DNA of 64,000 bases. Origin: Lama glama (lineage: Eukaryota). Positions 1 through 13,200 of this stretch are shown here, in pieces. The stretch's first letter is position 1; every line of letters begins with the position of its first letter. The position numbers and the translations under genes were made by a program. The stretch is from assembly GCA_028534125.1 (NCBI GenBank), contig CM052832.1, forward strand, positions 33,666,001 through 33,730,000, read 5' to 3'. The notes beneath the pieces are model-generated. The model did no database searches. It was not told the origin of the DNA and saw only the letters and a list, made by a program, of their open reading frames with translations.

Positions 1-2905
1 TGGGAGACCGTGTGTCGGAACCGGGGTTCCTGCGCACCCCGTCTTACTGTGAGAACACGTGACCGGCTTTTTCCAAGTTGTTGGGTATCCTAGAAGCCTT
101 AGTTAAAGAAAAAAGGCAAAGCTTTTGTGGCTTCCACTCAGCCCATGCTGAGTGTCAGCATGAGGGGCCACGTCCCTGGGTACCACGACCACGTGCGAGG
201 GGCGTGGTCTCAGGCAGCAGTAGGCATGTGGTTGTGAAGATTAGGTGAGCTGACGTGTGTGGAGTGCAGTGTGTGTCACGGTCACTGCCACGGACATGCC
301 AGCGATCAAGGTGACCTTCTCAGAAGGCAGGTGGCGGTAGCATCCCGGGAGGCATCCTTGCCCCCAGGAGAAACCTAGACACTGAAGAGCTTAAAATCCA
401 GTGGCAGCCATTTTCTGTTTCCTTGACTGTGACCAGCCAGTGTGTTCGTCGGCCCGTCAGCGTGTCTCTGTTCTGCTGCCTAATCTGACTCTAGGGTTTG
501 AAGCCGGTCCAGCTTTGTTCTGACATTGAGAGAGCTTGAAATTTCCTTTCCTCACTTAGTTAAATGGGACATGAGGTTTGTTTGTCAAAGGTACTTCCCT
601 TTAAGACTTCAGTTTTTCAGGATTCTATTTTGTTTTGGAACTGCTACAATTTAATAATGATTTTGACTAGGTTTATGGGGAGCAAATTAACTCATTTATT
701 TTTGCACTTTGGTTTTCTAACTCATTTCTTTTTCTCCAAAAATCCTTATGAAAACAAACAACCCCCCCATCCCTCCTGTAAAGAAAAAGCCTCTAACCTC
801 AAATTCCTAACTAGATCATCCAGTGTGCACACATTTCGGCTCGTCTTAGTGTTTGTTCTCGCCTGCCTCAGAAGTAGACAGACCCAGCCTCCATTGGCTC
901 TTAGAATAATGCTTGCTGTCATGGGTTAAGCATTTGGCAGATGTCTCTTTCCCTGTGCACACATACCAAAAGTTGGGAGTGAGGGGAAATTAAAACGCAG
1001 GTTTTTTTTTTTTTTGGTATTAAAAAAAAAAAAAGACCCCAAAGCTAGTGCCTAATGGTTTTGGTTTTAATTGTGACAGTAGTGTCCTGAGTTATTTGTT
1101 TGAACCGCCTTTGTGTAACTGTGATTTTCCTACTGGATCCATCAATACCACTGAATGATTTAATCAGACCTTTATGTAAAATGTATACGTATATAGCATT
1201 TCTCTTTGGTTTGTGCTGCTGGAGTACGTGACTTACCAAGAAACCAGCAATCAAGAGAAAAAACAGACTAAACCAGATTACTTATTTTATTATCTGTTTT
1301 TAGAACATATAAATCCCTCTCTGTCCAATTAATTAGCAGCCTACATCTGAGAAATCTGTTTTAGAAATGACTTTGGTGCTAAACACCAGTTTTGACATGT
1401 AGAAGTATATACGTGAACTTGAATTTTATTAAACAAAATTTATTAAGTTTATAGAGTAGTTCAGCTTTACAGTTAAGTAACAACTTGAAAAATTGGAGAC
1501 CGTGAATCTGAGTAAATTTTAAGCTTAATGTAAATGTTACTTTCTTTACTTCTAAATTGAGTAACAGATATGTTTACCCGAATCTCAATTTAAATGTTTC
1601 CTAGATTTTACGTTTTGCCCTCCAGAGTGTCAACCAAGTTTGTGATGCTCCCATCTCGAAATGTTGTCACGTTGCCCAGATTTCCCTGGTCTTTTCTTTT
1701 GGAAAATGATGTGGACGAATGCTTTTCTCTTTGGCTGAAGCCACCAGCCAACAGCATGATTAATTGTGGGTGTGTCCTTTGTAGAAGTCAGTTTCTCACT
1801 CTGCTGTGTAGAATGACGGTGACATTTCTTTCTATTCGAAAGAGAGTCTTAAGTGCTTATAATTTCCCCCCGCATTTGGAATATTTGAGTCATGCCAAGG
1901 ATTAATTTTTTGTTTGAAACAGACAGAAAACGATTGCGTTAAAATACAGAAGTGTATTCAGCTGCAAAGAAACTACCCAATGTTGGAAGGGACACTTCTA
2001 AAATAAGAGAAGGATTAAAACTGCCAGCAGTGGAGGTGGCGCTCGGGCAGCTGCTGACCGCGCTGGTGTCGGCGTCGTGGCACAGAGGCAGCAGTCTTGA
2101 CACGGAAGGGAGTGAGGGCGGGTCCTGGACAGTGCCTCTAACGTGTCCGACACAGAACTGCCTTTTCTTCGGTACCAGGCGGGTGTGTGTTCTTGTTCCG
2201 ATGACTTTTTCACTCACACACATCATGGGTAAGCCAAAGATCAAAATTTTTCGCACTTCCCTCTTCAGCTGAGTTTCCTCCATGGCTTCAACCTGGGAGC
2301 ACAGCAGCCTCATCCCTAACCATGGCTGTCGCCCTTCCTTGGCTTCTCCACACGCCTGCGCTGCGGCAGCTGTGCCTGCTGGCACCGTGGGCCCGCGCTG
2401 TGTGCAGGGTGGGTGTGAGATGCAGGGCCCGGGCCCTGGGGGGCGGCGCATCGGCCCCCCCCTCCGCCCCGAGCTCCGAGTGAGAGGCCGGCCAGGGCTG
2501 TTGGGCCGATCTGGCCTCACGTGGTCCGTCTGCGGTTTCAAATGGAAGAGAGATTTTTGTCAGCAGCAGGACCGTAAATGTGTATGTGTTTGGAAAGGAG
2601 ACCTTTCAGTATCTACAACCAAGCACTCACTGTGAAGTCACACAATTATCTAATTACTTTCATCGAGGCTGCAGTAAAGACTCTGGAGGAAGGTGTGGGA
2701 GGGTGCTGGTGGTAGGCGGGCTGGGGCTGGGGGGACCGTCAGCCCTAGGGCGACTTCTCGTAATTTGGAAATAACGTCTACACCTAAGAGTTGCATATTT
2801 TTCCACAAAGCTGGACACGAGCAGAATAACTCCCGAACTGCTCCTCACTCCTCGCTGCACGTTTGTGATTGGTTCTTGTCTTCCCTTCCACGCTGTGAAA
2901 TGCAG

Positions 2906-2993
2906 GTCCACGGAATCGTCCGGCGCTCCAGTTCGTTCAACACGGGCCGGATTGAACACCTGTATAAGAACCCCCAGGCGCATATCGAAGGAA
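2906..2993 (+). CDS. GMDS: GDP-mannose 4,6-dehydratase internal coding exon (exon 3 by human numbering), 88 nt
   Basis: Encodes [29 protein letters not shown] plus 1 nt, matching recalled mammalian GMDS. Acceptor tgcag| at 2901-2905, donor |gtaagt at 2994. Starts in phase 0, ends in phase 1. Confidence 0.97.
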
Positions 2994-4428
2994 GTAAGTC
3001 GTTCTCTCCAGACTCTGTGTAACTTCCTGTTAGCGCTAAGGTATTTTCAAATGTCATTTTTCTCACAGCCTCACGTCGCACGTATTTACCCACAGTTACC
3101 TGCATTGAATGCTGTCTGCACGCTTTGTGAACCCTGCCCTGGGCCTCAGGGTCACCTTGGTTAGGCTGTGGCAGGGGTTCCGGGCAGGACGTGCCGCCCA
3201 GGAGCCCAGAGCAGACCTGCCTCTGATCCCCCTTCTCCCCATGTCCCTGTCCCCGCCAGTGAGGTCAAGTTAAGCAGTCTTTGTACAGACTTGATTTTTC
3301 AAATAGTCTGTGAAGACAGGTCCAAAAACGAATGGCAGTCAAGGTCATTGTCGGTATCTGCGGCTGTCACTTCCGTTAATAAAACTGCCTGCGTGTAGCT
3401 GTGCTGCTGGCACAACACGGTCGTGGCGATTTCTCGTTTATCTTTCCAGCACTTGCTGAGGTTGTGACCGAGACCTTTTTATAGATAGTGGCAGAGAGAG
3501 GCTGTGACTTTATCAGGGCCACACCCCTCGTGAAAGACAGAGCTGGGACGAGGACACTGGCTTTTAGCTCCAGGCTCAGCCTGCTTCGCTCATCCAGGTC
3601 TCCAGCGGGCAGGGCTGACCCCGGCAGCTTGTAAACCATAAGTGAGCTGGTACTCACCTCTGGACCCCGAGTGCTTGAAGGTTCGGGCCACTTGTACAGG
3701 TCGATGACCTCCTGTTGTCCCGAGTAACGCTTTCCAGCATAGTATCTCAGTCATTCAGTGACGCCTCCTTGAACACTGTTACCGCTTTGTGCAGAGTGCA
3801 GAGCCGCGTGACCATTGGATCTAGACGTAGAGCAGGATCACGTGGAAATAATGAGAGTGTCCAGTCAGCAAGCCGCCCGTCTGCCTGTGTCACCTTCTGA
3901 CACTGATGACGCCCGTGGGAGGACCTGTGTAGGCTGAGGGTTGGAAGAGGCTAGTTGTCCTGTAATCAGCTGTGTCCTGCGTCAGGCATTTCGTGGGTGG
4001 CTGAGAACCCATGTTTACGAAGGACCTAAAAATCGCTGGGTGCGAGTATCTGAGTAGAGCCATCCTCTCTGCTGTCGGTGCCACGGAATTCTTGAGAGAA
4101 TGCACACTATTTCCACGTTTTCTTTGTCTGACCCTCACTCTTATGTAACATGTCTTATCACCTAGGAGTGATAAAGCATGTTCACTGTGTAGCATCTGCC
4201 ATGGTATTATGTCTTTTAAAAAAGTTCATCTGAGTTTTTACAAGTTCTTTATAGATGTGGGCGATGGATGTGAATTTCGTTCTACCGTTTAGTTTCTTTA
4301 AAAGTGTCCGTCATAGCCTGCTACCCTGGTTTTCAGACTTTCAGAATATGCATTCCAATTTTGATATTTTAAAAAAATGGGCAGCTGTTGCTTCCTTGTG
4401 TCTGACGGTGTGTTTTTGAATCCTGAAG
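2994..4428 (+). other. GMDS: GMDS intron (1435 nt, GT-AG)
   Basis: gtaagt...gaag between the two in-frame exons. Confidence 0.95.
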
Positions 4429-4538
4429 ACATGAAGCTGCACTATGGTGATCTCACCGACAGCACCTGCCTTGTGAAGATCATCAATGAGGTGAAGCCCA
4501 CAGAGATCTACAACCTGGGGGCCCAGAGCCACGTCAAG
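4429..4538 (+). CDS. GMDS: GDP-mannose 4,6-dehydratase internal coding exon (exon 4 by human numbering), 110 nt
   Basis: A|AC completes an Asn codon across the intron, then [36 protein letters not shown]. Acceptor cctgaag|, donor |gtcagc at 4539. Frame joins exactly with the 2906-2993 exon. Confidence 0.97.
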
Positions 4539-6319
4539 GTCAGCCGCCCGCGTCGCTCTGCTTCCTCTGCTGTTCCTGGGCTGTTCTGGGGTCTGCTTCT
4601 GCCTGTGGCTTCTTGGGACAACAACACAGCCACCACACCCAGTCCTCGAGTCTCACTGTCGATGTTAGTTTGGGTATTAATGAATCCTAGTAGAAATGCC
4701 GATACATTTTTAAAAAGTGCATTCTCTGTTATTGAAAATCTTAATTGCTAACATCAAAACAGCAGTATTCATTCTGGGGGGTTGATCTTAGAGTCACGGA
4801 CCCCACCTGAATGTATTTTCTGCCGTTTCAAACCACATTGTGAATGCAGTGTTTTGTTAAAATATTAAGTCAATGAAACTTCTATTCTAATATTAATTTT
4901 TGGTAGTGATTATATTACTGGCTGAGAAAAAAAGATCTTTGAGTCCCAATATGTTAAATTTAATGGAATTAGCTTTTTATTGTAAGTAGTCGGTTATTGG
5001 AAGAAAAGCTGTTTCTAGCCTCTTGTCTCCTCAGTGTGACGCAGGGCATGTGATTCGTTGCCCTTTATCCAGATTCTCTGGTAGTCTGTCTGCCTCTCCT
5101 GCAGCTTTTCAGTAAACCTGAGAAGCCAATCCCCAGGGCTCTAGCAGTGCGCTCAGTCCGAGGGTTTGTTGCTGTACCCTTGTGCTAACGCAGTGAGTGG
5201 AATTTGAAGCCAGGGATGATATGAGTTGTGTTTGGATACTTACTCCATCAGGATAGTTAGTGGAGCTTAGAAATAAAAACAGATAACTCTAACTTAAAAC
5301 AGCTCCCACCCCCCCAAAAAAGGTCCAGAAAAATCTGTCGGCATTTTTTAGCTGTTTAATGAAGAATTCGGCAGTCTTACCTCAGAAGGGATCTGGAGTG
5401 ATCTGCTGCTCCTCCGTACCCCAGCCCCGGGCAGAGTGGAGCCTCACGCCCGTGTGTAAAGTTGCCAGCAGGTGGAATGAGCAGCCGTGGAGCGCAGGGG
5501 GCGCGGCGAAGGGCTGAGCCTGCGTACGTGGCGGCGGCCAGGTCTCCAGCCTGAGCGTGAGCCGCACGCGCACTTCGCTCCCACGCGAGCCGTGGCCGCG
5601 GCCCCCTGCAGTCGGCAGCCTGCTCTCATCTGTCTGTGCTGTCTCAGGAGCAGCTCTTCCTCTCTTAGCCTCTGAACACTGTTCTGGACCTGGACCCGGA
5701 CCCGAGCCCTGGGCTGGAGAAGGGGTCAGGGCCTCCAGGTCAGAGCGGAGCTGTTTTTGCCAGTGATTCTAATGTAATTTCCACCAAAAGGGTGTCCATG
5801 CCTCCTCTGCCCCGAGAGGTTGCCCTCCTGCCCACGGAGAAGCAGTAGCCCTCAGCCCGCTGGAGGCCGTCGGTGCCCCTTCCCCGTGACCGCCACCCCG
5901 CCGCACGCCGTGCCCCAGATAAAACGGAGTGTTTGGGAACGAGTGCTCTGTGATTCGCTTTCCTTCGGATTAGCCCGTTTCCCTTGTGGTGGACAGTGGG
6001 GTTATCACCTCTGCCAGTCGTAACTGGCGTGGGTCGAAGACGCAGGAAGGTTATAAAGGTTTGTTTATGGGGGCAAGTCCCTGTTACTCTGGTATTAGAT
6101 AAGCCAGTCTTTCCCTCTTTCCCTCTTTCCGGTTCAGAAAGTCTGACACGCTTGCCTTCCCCTAAGTGCCCTTAGTGTCTGTGCCGTGAGCACAGAAGGC
6201 ACGGGGGGCTGAGCTGATTCCCTCTGCGTTGCTCTGTGTGTGAAGTTTACCTGCTTTTCTTCCGTTTTGCTTTTTCTCCTGAAGGCCAGTTAATTGGCAG
6301 AAATGGTGCTTGTTAGTTG

Positions 6320-7200
6320 ACTGTGCACTTTGGCTTGTGAGCCTGTTTGCCCGCAACAATATCGGTGTGCGTGGTGGAGTGGGGGCCTGGGGATGTGTAA
6401 AACCCACCTCTGGGGGGGCTCCGCTCTCTCAGGGGTGACCTGTGACCAGTGACAGGGCTGGCGCTGGTGTCTGTGAGCCTGCAGAGACAGGGGAGCAAGG
6501 GCGTCAGGCTGAGGAGCTGGGGCACGGTGTCGAGGAGGAGATTCAGGAAGGAAGTTTCCAGATGTCCCGATTGGGAACTGGTGGTTGAAACAGAGGTCCT
6601 AACACGAGGCCAAGAGTGAGAGGCAAGAAGACTGGGAACATTCTGCAGCACAATGCACGTTCTGGACTAGTGAGCAGAGAGTCTGGGGGAGAAATGGGAG
6701 GCGGGGTCACTGGGAGGCTGGGCTGGGCTTGGGCACCTGTCCACTTTTGAACAGGAGAGAAGTAGATTTAGAGAGGAGTCTAGAGGTGAGGCTTCAGGGG
6801 AGATGGGAAGCTGCTGGGGGAAGAAGGAGGCAGGGGTGAGTGTGAGGAGGACGGAACAGTAGGCCTGACCCCTCCGCAGGCGAGACGCAGATGAGGAGGA
6901 GGGACCACGGGGCTGTTGGAGTTGGCTGGGGACGTCAGGGGCTCCCTCCTGGGTTCGCTGTGCCGCAGCACCTGCGGGACACTCAGGTGGAGTAAATCGG
7001 GGCATTTAAAACATGCTGTGGGGCTTGGGGGAGATTTGGGGTTCAGGGATGTGAGTTCAGCTCTGGGTTCTTGAGATGGCAAAGAGCAGTGGACAGAAGA
7101 CTGACCCTCGGGGGCACGGGTGCATTTAGAGTTGAGGGAGTCGTCGCGGAGGACGGGACAGTGGGCGATGGAGAGGCAGGAGGGGGTGTCGGGGGCGTGA
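6320..7200 (-). mobile_element. Degraded LINE-2 fragment
   Basis: Purine-rich antisense L2-like segments, e.g. gaagactgaccctcgggggcacgggtgcatttagag and gtagatttagagaggagtctagaggtgag. Boundaries approximate. Confidence 0.55.
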
Positions 7201-10200
7201 GGCCCACGCAGAGGTCAGTGGCCCCTGCAGTTAGGTTGGGGAGGACCTGTGACTTCTAGAAAAAGCATTCCAGGGACAGGACGGAAGAGCCAGCCAGAGG
7301 CAGGGGGTCTGGAGGTTGGGGGTTGTGCGGGCAGCACGCTGGAAGTCCCTGGGCCAGGGGAGCGGGAGCTTGACGGTGAGGCGCCCCTCAGCACCCGCTG
7401 CGGCTGCCGGGCCTCCCCCAGGTTTCCCGTGTGTGAGTGTCCGGGGGAGCCCCGAGCACCCGAGGCTGGGGTGTGTCCCGGTGGTGCTGCTTCTGGTCTG
7501 GGGCGCCACGTTGAGAACCCCTGCTCCGATGTGTCGGGCTCCTCCGTCTGTCCGTGTGCAACACGTGCCCTAGATTCCTTCTTCATAGGCCTTCTTCCTT
7601 CCATGCGTCAGCTGTTGAATTCAATATAAAATCGTCCTGTTCCCTGGCAGCTAAGGACGATGTGAGCTTCTAAGGTCCTCCACATTCAGTCTTTTTCTGA
7701 GCCACATGTGGTCCAGGAGAACGGAGACTTCTTGGGGACTCCTGGTGTCTTAGAGGAACAGTGTGAGCACAGCCCACTGTCAGTGTCTTTTGAAAACCCA
7801 TTTCCACGCCAGTGCTTCTTCTGTGATCTAACGTCAGACTGACTCTTAGTCATGGAAAGAGTGGGTGTGGGGAGGGGCTGGCCTGGTGGCAGCTGGTGAT
7901 GACAGACTGTGGTGGCTGGGGACGTGGCTTTGCCCCCACCGACCACTCCAAGGCTCTGTGCTGGGCTTGGGCCGTCTGCCTGTCCTTCCAGCAGCTTCTT
8001 TTGGGTTAGGAAGGAAAATACATGTTTTCTTCCTTACAAGTAATTTCTCTGTATTAATCAACTTTCTAGGATTTGTTGTATTTGTAGATGATAGTTTTTA
8101 AGCACAAGTTCTTTCTGACATGGGGTGTTTGTAAGAAGTTAATTAGAATACATTCTGAGTGTTTGGTTTGGAGCTCTGTAGAAAGGAGGCTCTAATATTA
8201 GCACACTTTGTGTTGCATCTTGAATCCGTGACTTGTAGACGGAGCGTTGTTTGTGTTGGCTTCTGCTTACACAGAATAACATCTTCTATCGCTCTCACTT
8301 CCAGTTAATTTGATGTGGGCTATGGTATGCTAAAAGTAAGGAAAATAAAATAATAGGAAGTTGGTCTGGTTTCCTGTAGGAAACCAATGAAGATGAAATT
8401 GGTTCTTGGAATAAACCCACAGCAGTCTGGGAAATACTGACTGAAGACATTTTTCTGAATCATAAACAGAAAAATTATGAGTCATGAAGTGCAGGTCATT
8501 CAGAGGCTGATTTGATCTTATGTAGGAGAAAGTGAGCGATGACTGAAATGTACTAGTTATTAAAAGCAGTTAAGCCTAGCCTGCTGACATCACCCGAGCA
8601 GGAACAAGTTAGCCCCCGCGCCGTCAGCCCTGCTTGTTTTCGTGGGGATGTGTGTTAGGAGCCTGCTTTATTGTTCTTTTTAAGTTTTGTACCGTGTAAA
8701 TAATAGTTTTTCAGCACTTTCTGCCTTAAATTCCTTATCTGTTCACCATTAGTCACTGTCCTGGTTTTGGATGTTTCCACCATTCGTCACAGCTTCTTTG
8801 GGAACCTGACTTCATTCTCGAAGTCACACTGCTGGACTAGACCCTTCTGCAGTGACTCTCGCCCGGTGTTACCCTTCTGTTTCACAGTGTTGTGCTGAGA
8901 AATAATTTAATATGACTTTCATTTTACGAGTGGAGTTTCCTGCTCAAAGGCACACCTTTGGTTACTGGCCAGGCCTTGAGACTTTATATTTGACAGTTTA
9001 GAGACCATCCGAGAAAATGATTATCTCTGTTAGTAATGATTCTTACGTAATTACCTCACTTCACGTCCCGTCTCTCCCCGGATACGCAGGCTTCCCCTTA
9101 AGCTTACTCTTCCCCTCATGTCTTCAGTGGAGACAGAACATCATCTCTTTTGACTTCGAGATGCTTTCAGATCCCTCCTCAGGGGTGAAGACCATTATTA
9201 CAACGTCTTCCTTGACTTTCTCTCATTCGAATTGAATGACTCTGTCCATGTCTCTCTGATTATCTTTATTATTTCCTTTTCAACTCTCCGTAAGTCATTT
9301 GTTTGCTGTTTCCTGACAGCTAGGAGGCCTACGTGCCCAGAAGGTAGCCTGGGGCGCGGCCCGCGGAGAGGGAGCAGGATTTCCTTGTCCAGCCATGTGG
9401 GACCGGCGAGCAGATCTGAACTCGGGGCACAGGGGCCGAGTCTCAGTCGTCCTCCGGGCGGGACGTCCGGCCTGGGAAGCCAGGCAGGAAGCAGAGCTGA
9501 CTGGGAGCCAGGACGCTGGAGCCTGGCTGGCCGAGTCAGCCTCCCTCCGAGCCAGGGGAGGCGGGAGGGCCAGTGCAGGGGGTGGAACGGGCGGCCCTGG
9601 GGAGGGACGGAGCAAGCAGGTTAGGCTCCTGAGGGGAAGAACTTCGTCTCCAGTGGTCCCGACCCCACATCACCTCCCGCTCTGCTGGGCTGCGCTGGCA
9701 GGGAGGGGACGGGGCCCTGGGGAGCTGCACGGCCAGGGCAGGTGCCTGGCTGGACGTCTGCTGGGTGCCTGACTAAGCCAGCTCTGAACAAGACAGGGTG
9801 CACGTCCAGGAGGGTCAGGGCGGCCTGGTGAAAAGCCGGGGCAAACTGCGCAGCGGAGGGCTCTCCTGCGCCTTTGCTCATTCATGGGTTTTGGGCCCTG
9901 GGGGCCTGACAGGGAGGTGGGAGGGAGAGGACAGTGAGGAGTAGCAGGGGCACTGCTGCTGGGAAGGGGGCTGTCGCTGTCAGGACACCCCCGGACGTGG
10001 GGGGTTGGGCCCACACCCGCCGCGTTGCAGGTCCCCAGCCCGTCAGGCCAGTGTCCCGGCCACCTCACGCCTTTCACCAGGCCTGTCCGGCTCCCGCTGC
10101 ACCGATGGTGATGAGAGTTGGAGTCAATGGCTGTCACGGGGCGGGGAGGGGGGGGCTGTCCTGAGACCCTGCCACACGCGCGCAAGTTCTCCCGGGGGCC

Positions 10201-13200
10201 CCCAGGACGCGTTCTTAAGCTTCGGCTCCAGACTGGCCCCGAGCGTGTCTCTGGCTTCAGCTCAGACCCACCCGCCGCCGGGAAGTGAGCACCCACCTCG
10301 GCGGGGGTCCAAGGCCGTGCAGAGGGCTACACTCTTGCTAGGTCTTGGCTGCCTCCTTCCCTCACCTGCCCCCAAGCTTCGCTCAGATGTCAGCGTCTCG
10401 GCCAGGCCTCCTGACCCTCCTGTTGGCCGGGGAGTTCCCCGGGGGGCCGGCCTGTCCTGCAGGAGGAGGCTGGCCTGCGGGGTGGGGGAGCAGTGGGAGG
10501 GTGGGACGAGCCATGTGGCACTGTGTCCCCCCCCGTCCTGTCCCAGGAGCGCTCAGCTCCTCGTGCGGCTCAGTGGGTGTCCGGAGAGGAGGACGCCAGG
10601 TGGGCCGCCGGCTCCGGTGCCCCGCGCGGGGCCTGCCCTTGGCCCTGCTCCGACTGGAACCGTGTGCAGAGGGGCTTTCCTCATTCGGAGGCCTGGAGTT
10701 CCTGCCGCGGAAACGTCACTGGTGACGACATGTCATGGGAGGGAAGTGATGTTTGGACCCTTTGTGTTTTATTAAATTGGCCGTGGAATTCCGAGGCGGA
10801 GGAGACCTTGGCGATGAGCCAGCTCGAGCCTGTGTCACAAAGTGCCGCCGGGACGGCGCGTCTGGCCCCACCGCGGTCCCAGGGGCCGGGCATCACTGCG
10901 CTGAGAGGGGAGGACAGCCAGGACCCACCGCGCTGGTCGCTTCCCCCCGCACCACACGTGCAGCAGGTTTGAGTGAAAAACACTGCTTTTCCTCGCGGAG
11001 GGAACTGGTTATAATGATCACCATATGAGTAGTGTTTGCGTAGCTGGGAAGATGCCCAAGTACAGCCATCAAGGTGCGATGTCAGCACAGAAGAGATACG
11101 AGAGTAGAGTCAGTGTGGAGGGAAAGGGGCACCGCAGGGCTGATCAGCAGGAACAGTCACAGTCTTCCTGGTTTGGAGACTTCAGCTCAGCTCAGCTCAG
11201 TATCTGCGTTGAGTGCCTGTGCGTGCTGTGCCTGAGTTTCCCTGAAAGCCGTGGGAGGCTGATGGTATTTGCTACTCACGGAATCAGAAGAATCAGCAGC
11301 TTGATAACCAGAAAGAGTAATCTGTTCCTATTAATGGACTTATTTTTTGAAGAAATTGCCAATTAACCTGTTTTCTAAGATTTAAAAATAAATACTTCTG
11401 GTTTAATTCTGCAGAGACATTTTGGTCCACATTTTGATACACACAAATTACAGCGCTGCCCTGGGTCTCTGAGGATGACTTAGTCTTCTTCGTAGATTAC
11501 AAATTAATACAGGCTCATACATTTTATGAGATTTAAGATTAATGCTTACATTTTCATATGTAATTTTTACATGTGCTCAGAGCAACATAAAATCACTCTA
11601 GTTTGCAAGAAAAGTATTAACATTGGAATTGTGAAGGTCCCTAGTGGGCAGAGGGCTTCCGCTGTGAAGAGCGGTGAGGGAGACTCTGAGGACGTGAGTA
11701 TCGCAGGAGTGTGTCTGCATGCAGACCTGACGTCCACGCACACTGTAGTGTGTTGTCTCTGGAGGAATTAGCTCCCTTCTCGGGGAAGTGAGGAAGGTGA
11801 GTGGATGGATGGATGCTGGATGCTTTCTCCCTCCACAGGCCTGTGGCCTCGGCGACGACAAACCTCTGTGCTCAAGTGAGCCTGCTCTTTTACTTACTCT
11901 GTTCTCCCGTCTTCATTCCTTTCTGATCAGCCCCGCTGTCTGTCGCCTGGGCGGCCCCCGTGACATTCAATAATTTGATAACCGCTTTGGTTTGTTACAA
12001 GGTGAAGTTGCAGTATAAGAAGCCTTTTTCACTGTATAATTTAATGGCTGTGCTTGTCCTAAACTCCACTCCCGTAAGTGGTTAATCAGGGTAGCATTTT
12101 TTATCTTACGTTCACGAGGGCAGCTCGGGGCCGTACTCTGCTGGTGGGTCCCCTTGTGTCATCTGGCTCAAATTCTCCTTGGAAGCTTGTTACGGATTTG
12201 AGCAATTGAATTCAAATCTAAAACCACTTAAATAGTCCTTTATAGTCCATTAAGAGTTTATATGAGAGAGAAAACTCTATGAAAGTTCTCTCCTCCCTGT
12301 TCAAACAGGTTGTTCTGTTTTATTAGATCGAGGTGGTATTGTAATTTTGATAACAGCTAATAACGTTGGGAATTTCTCTTATAATTAGTGGACCACACAA
12401 AGGTATGTTTGTTGGGCTTTGTCGTCTTAATTCACTTGAAATAGAGACTGGGTTACTACGGAAAGTCCAAAGTATTGTTTCAGCTTTGCAACAGTTTAGG
12501 TAAAATTAATGCAGACAGCTAAATGAACACGTGTCTCTTAACGTCAATTTCTGGATACATCTGTAAACACAAAGGGTGAACAAACAGTAAGTCAGTGAAG
12601 GTACCGTGGGTGAAGCTTTTTGGTTTGGACTTTTAACGGTGAATGGAAAACTGTTTTTGGATTCCCAATCAGATCAGAATGCATAATGTGCGCACATTGA
12701 GCTCTAGACATAAATAATGCCTTGTTTAATACCATAGATAATATATTTGCCCCCTTACCCCTCCGGCCCACACAGAACTTGTGTGTAAATTCAAGAATTT
12801 AAACTTAACTGCTGCTCCTTTAAAACCCCAAATAGAGCTTGGTATCAAGTAAGATTTCTACGTTATCCTCTTAGTACAAATGGAGTTTGTAGAATTCTCT
12901 TTGTTAAAGTCGGATCCTTGAAGTTGGTGCAATAAGATAAAATGAAACCTTTCCTGTTTCAAAGAAATTTAACGTGTGACATCTTTTTTGTGTATTTCTA
13001 CTGTAAATCATGAATTAGATACCTTAACAGTGCCAGCAAGAAATAAATTAATATGAAAATTTGTTTAATTTGGATTTCCATGTTTTGAAAAATACCTGGC
13101 ATCAAAGATTAGTAGGTTTCATTATGTTACTCCTTCTGGTAATATTCACATGACGTGTATGTTGCCTGGGGATGTTAGTTTAAACGTCATTCGTGATGAA

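Noticed and set aside
1002-1034. T14-GGTATT-A13 inverted homopolymer hairpin
   Set aside because: Low-complexity slippage sequence with no supporting context.
2693-4751. ORFs 2693-3022 and 4377-4751 as standalone genes
   Set aside because: Only the exon portions match GMDS. The flanks are intronic read-through.
9670-10972. Long overlapping ORFs (208, 256 and 159 aa)
   Set aside because: Pro/Gly/Arg/Ala-rich, present on both strands and in several frames, with no recognisable domain. Expected from stop-codon depletion in GC-rich DNA.
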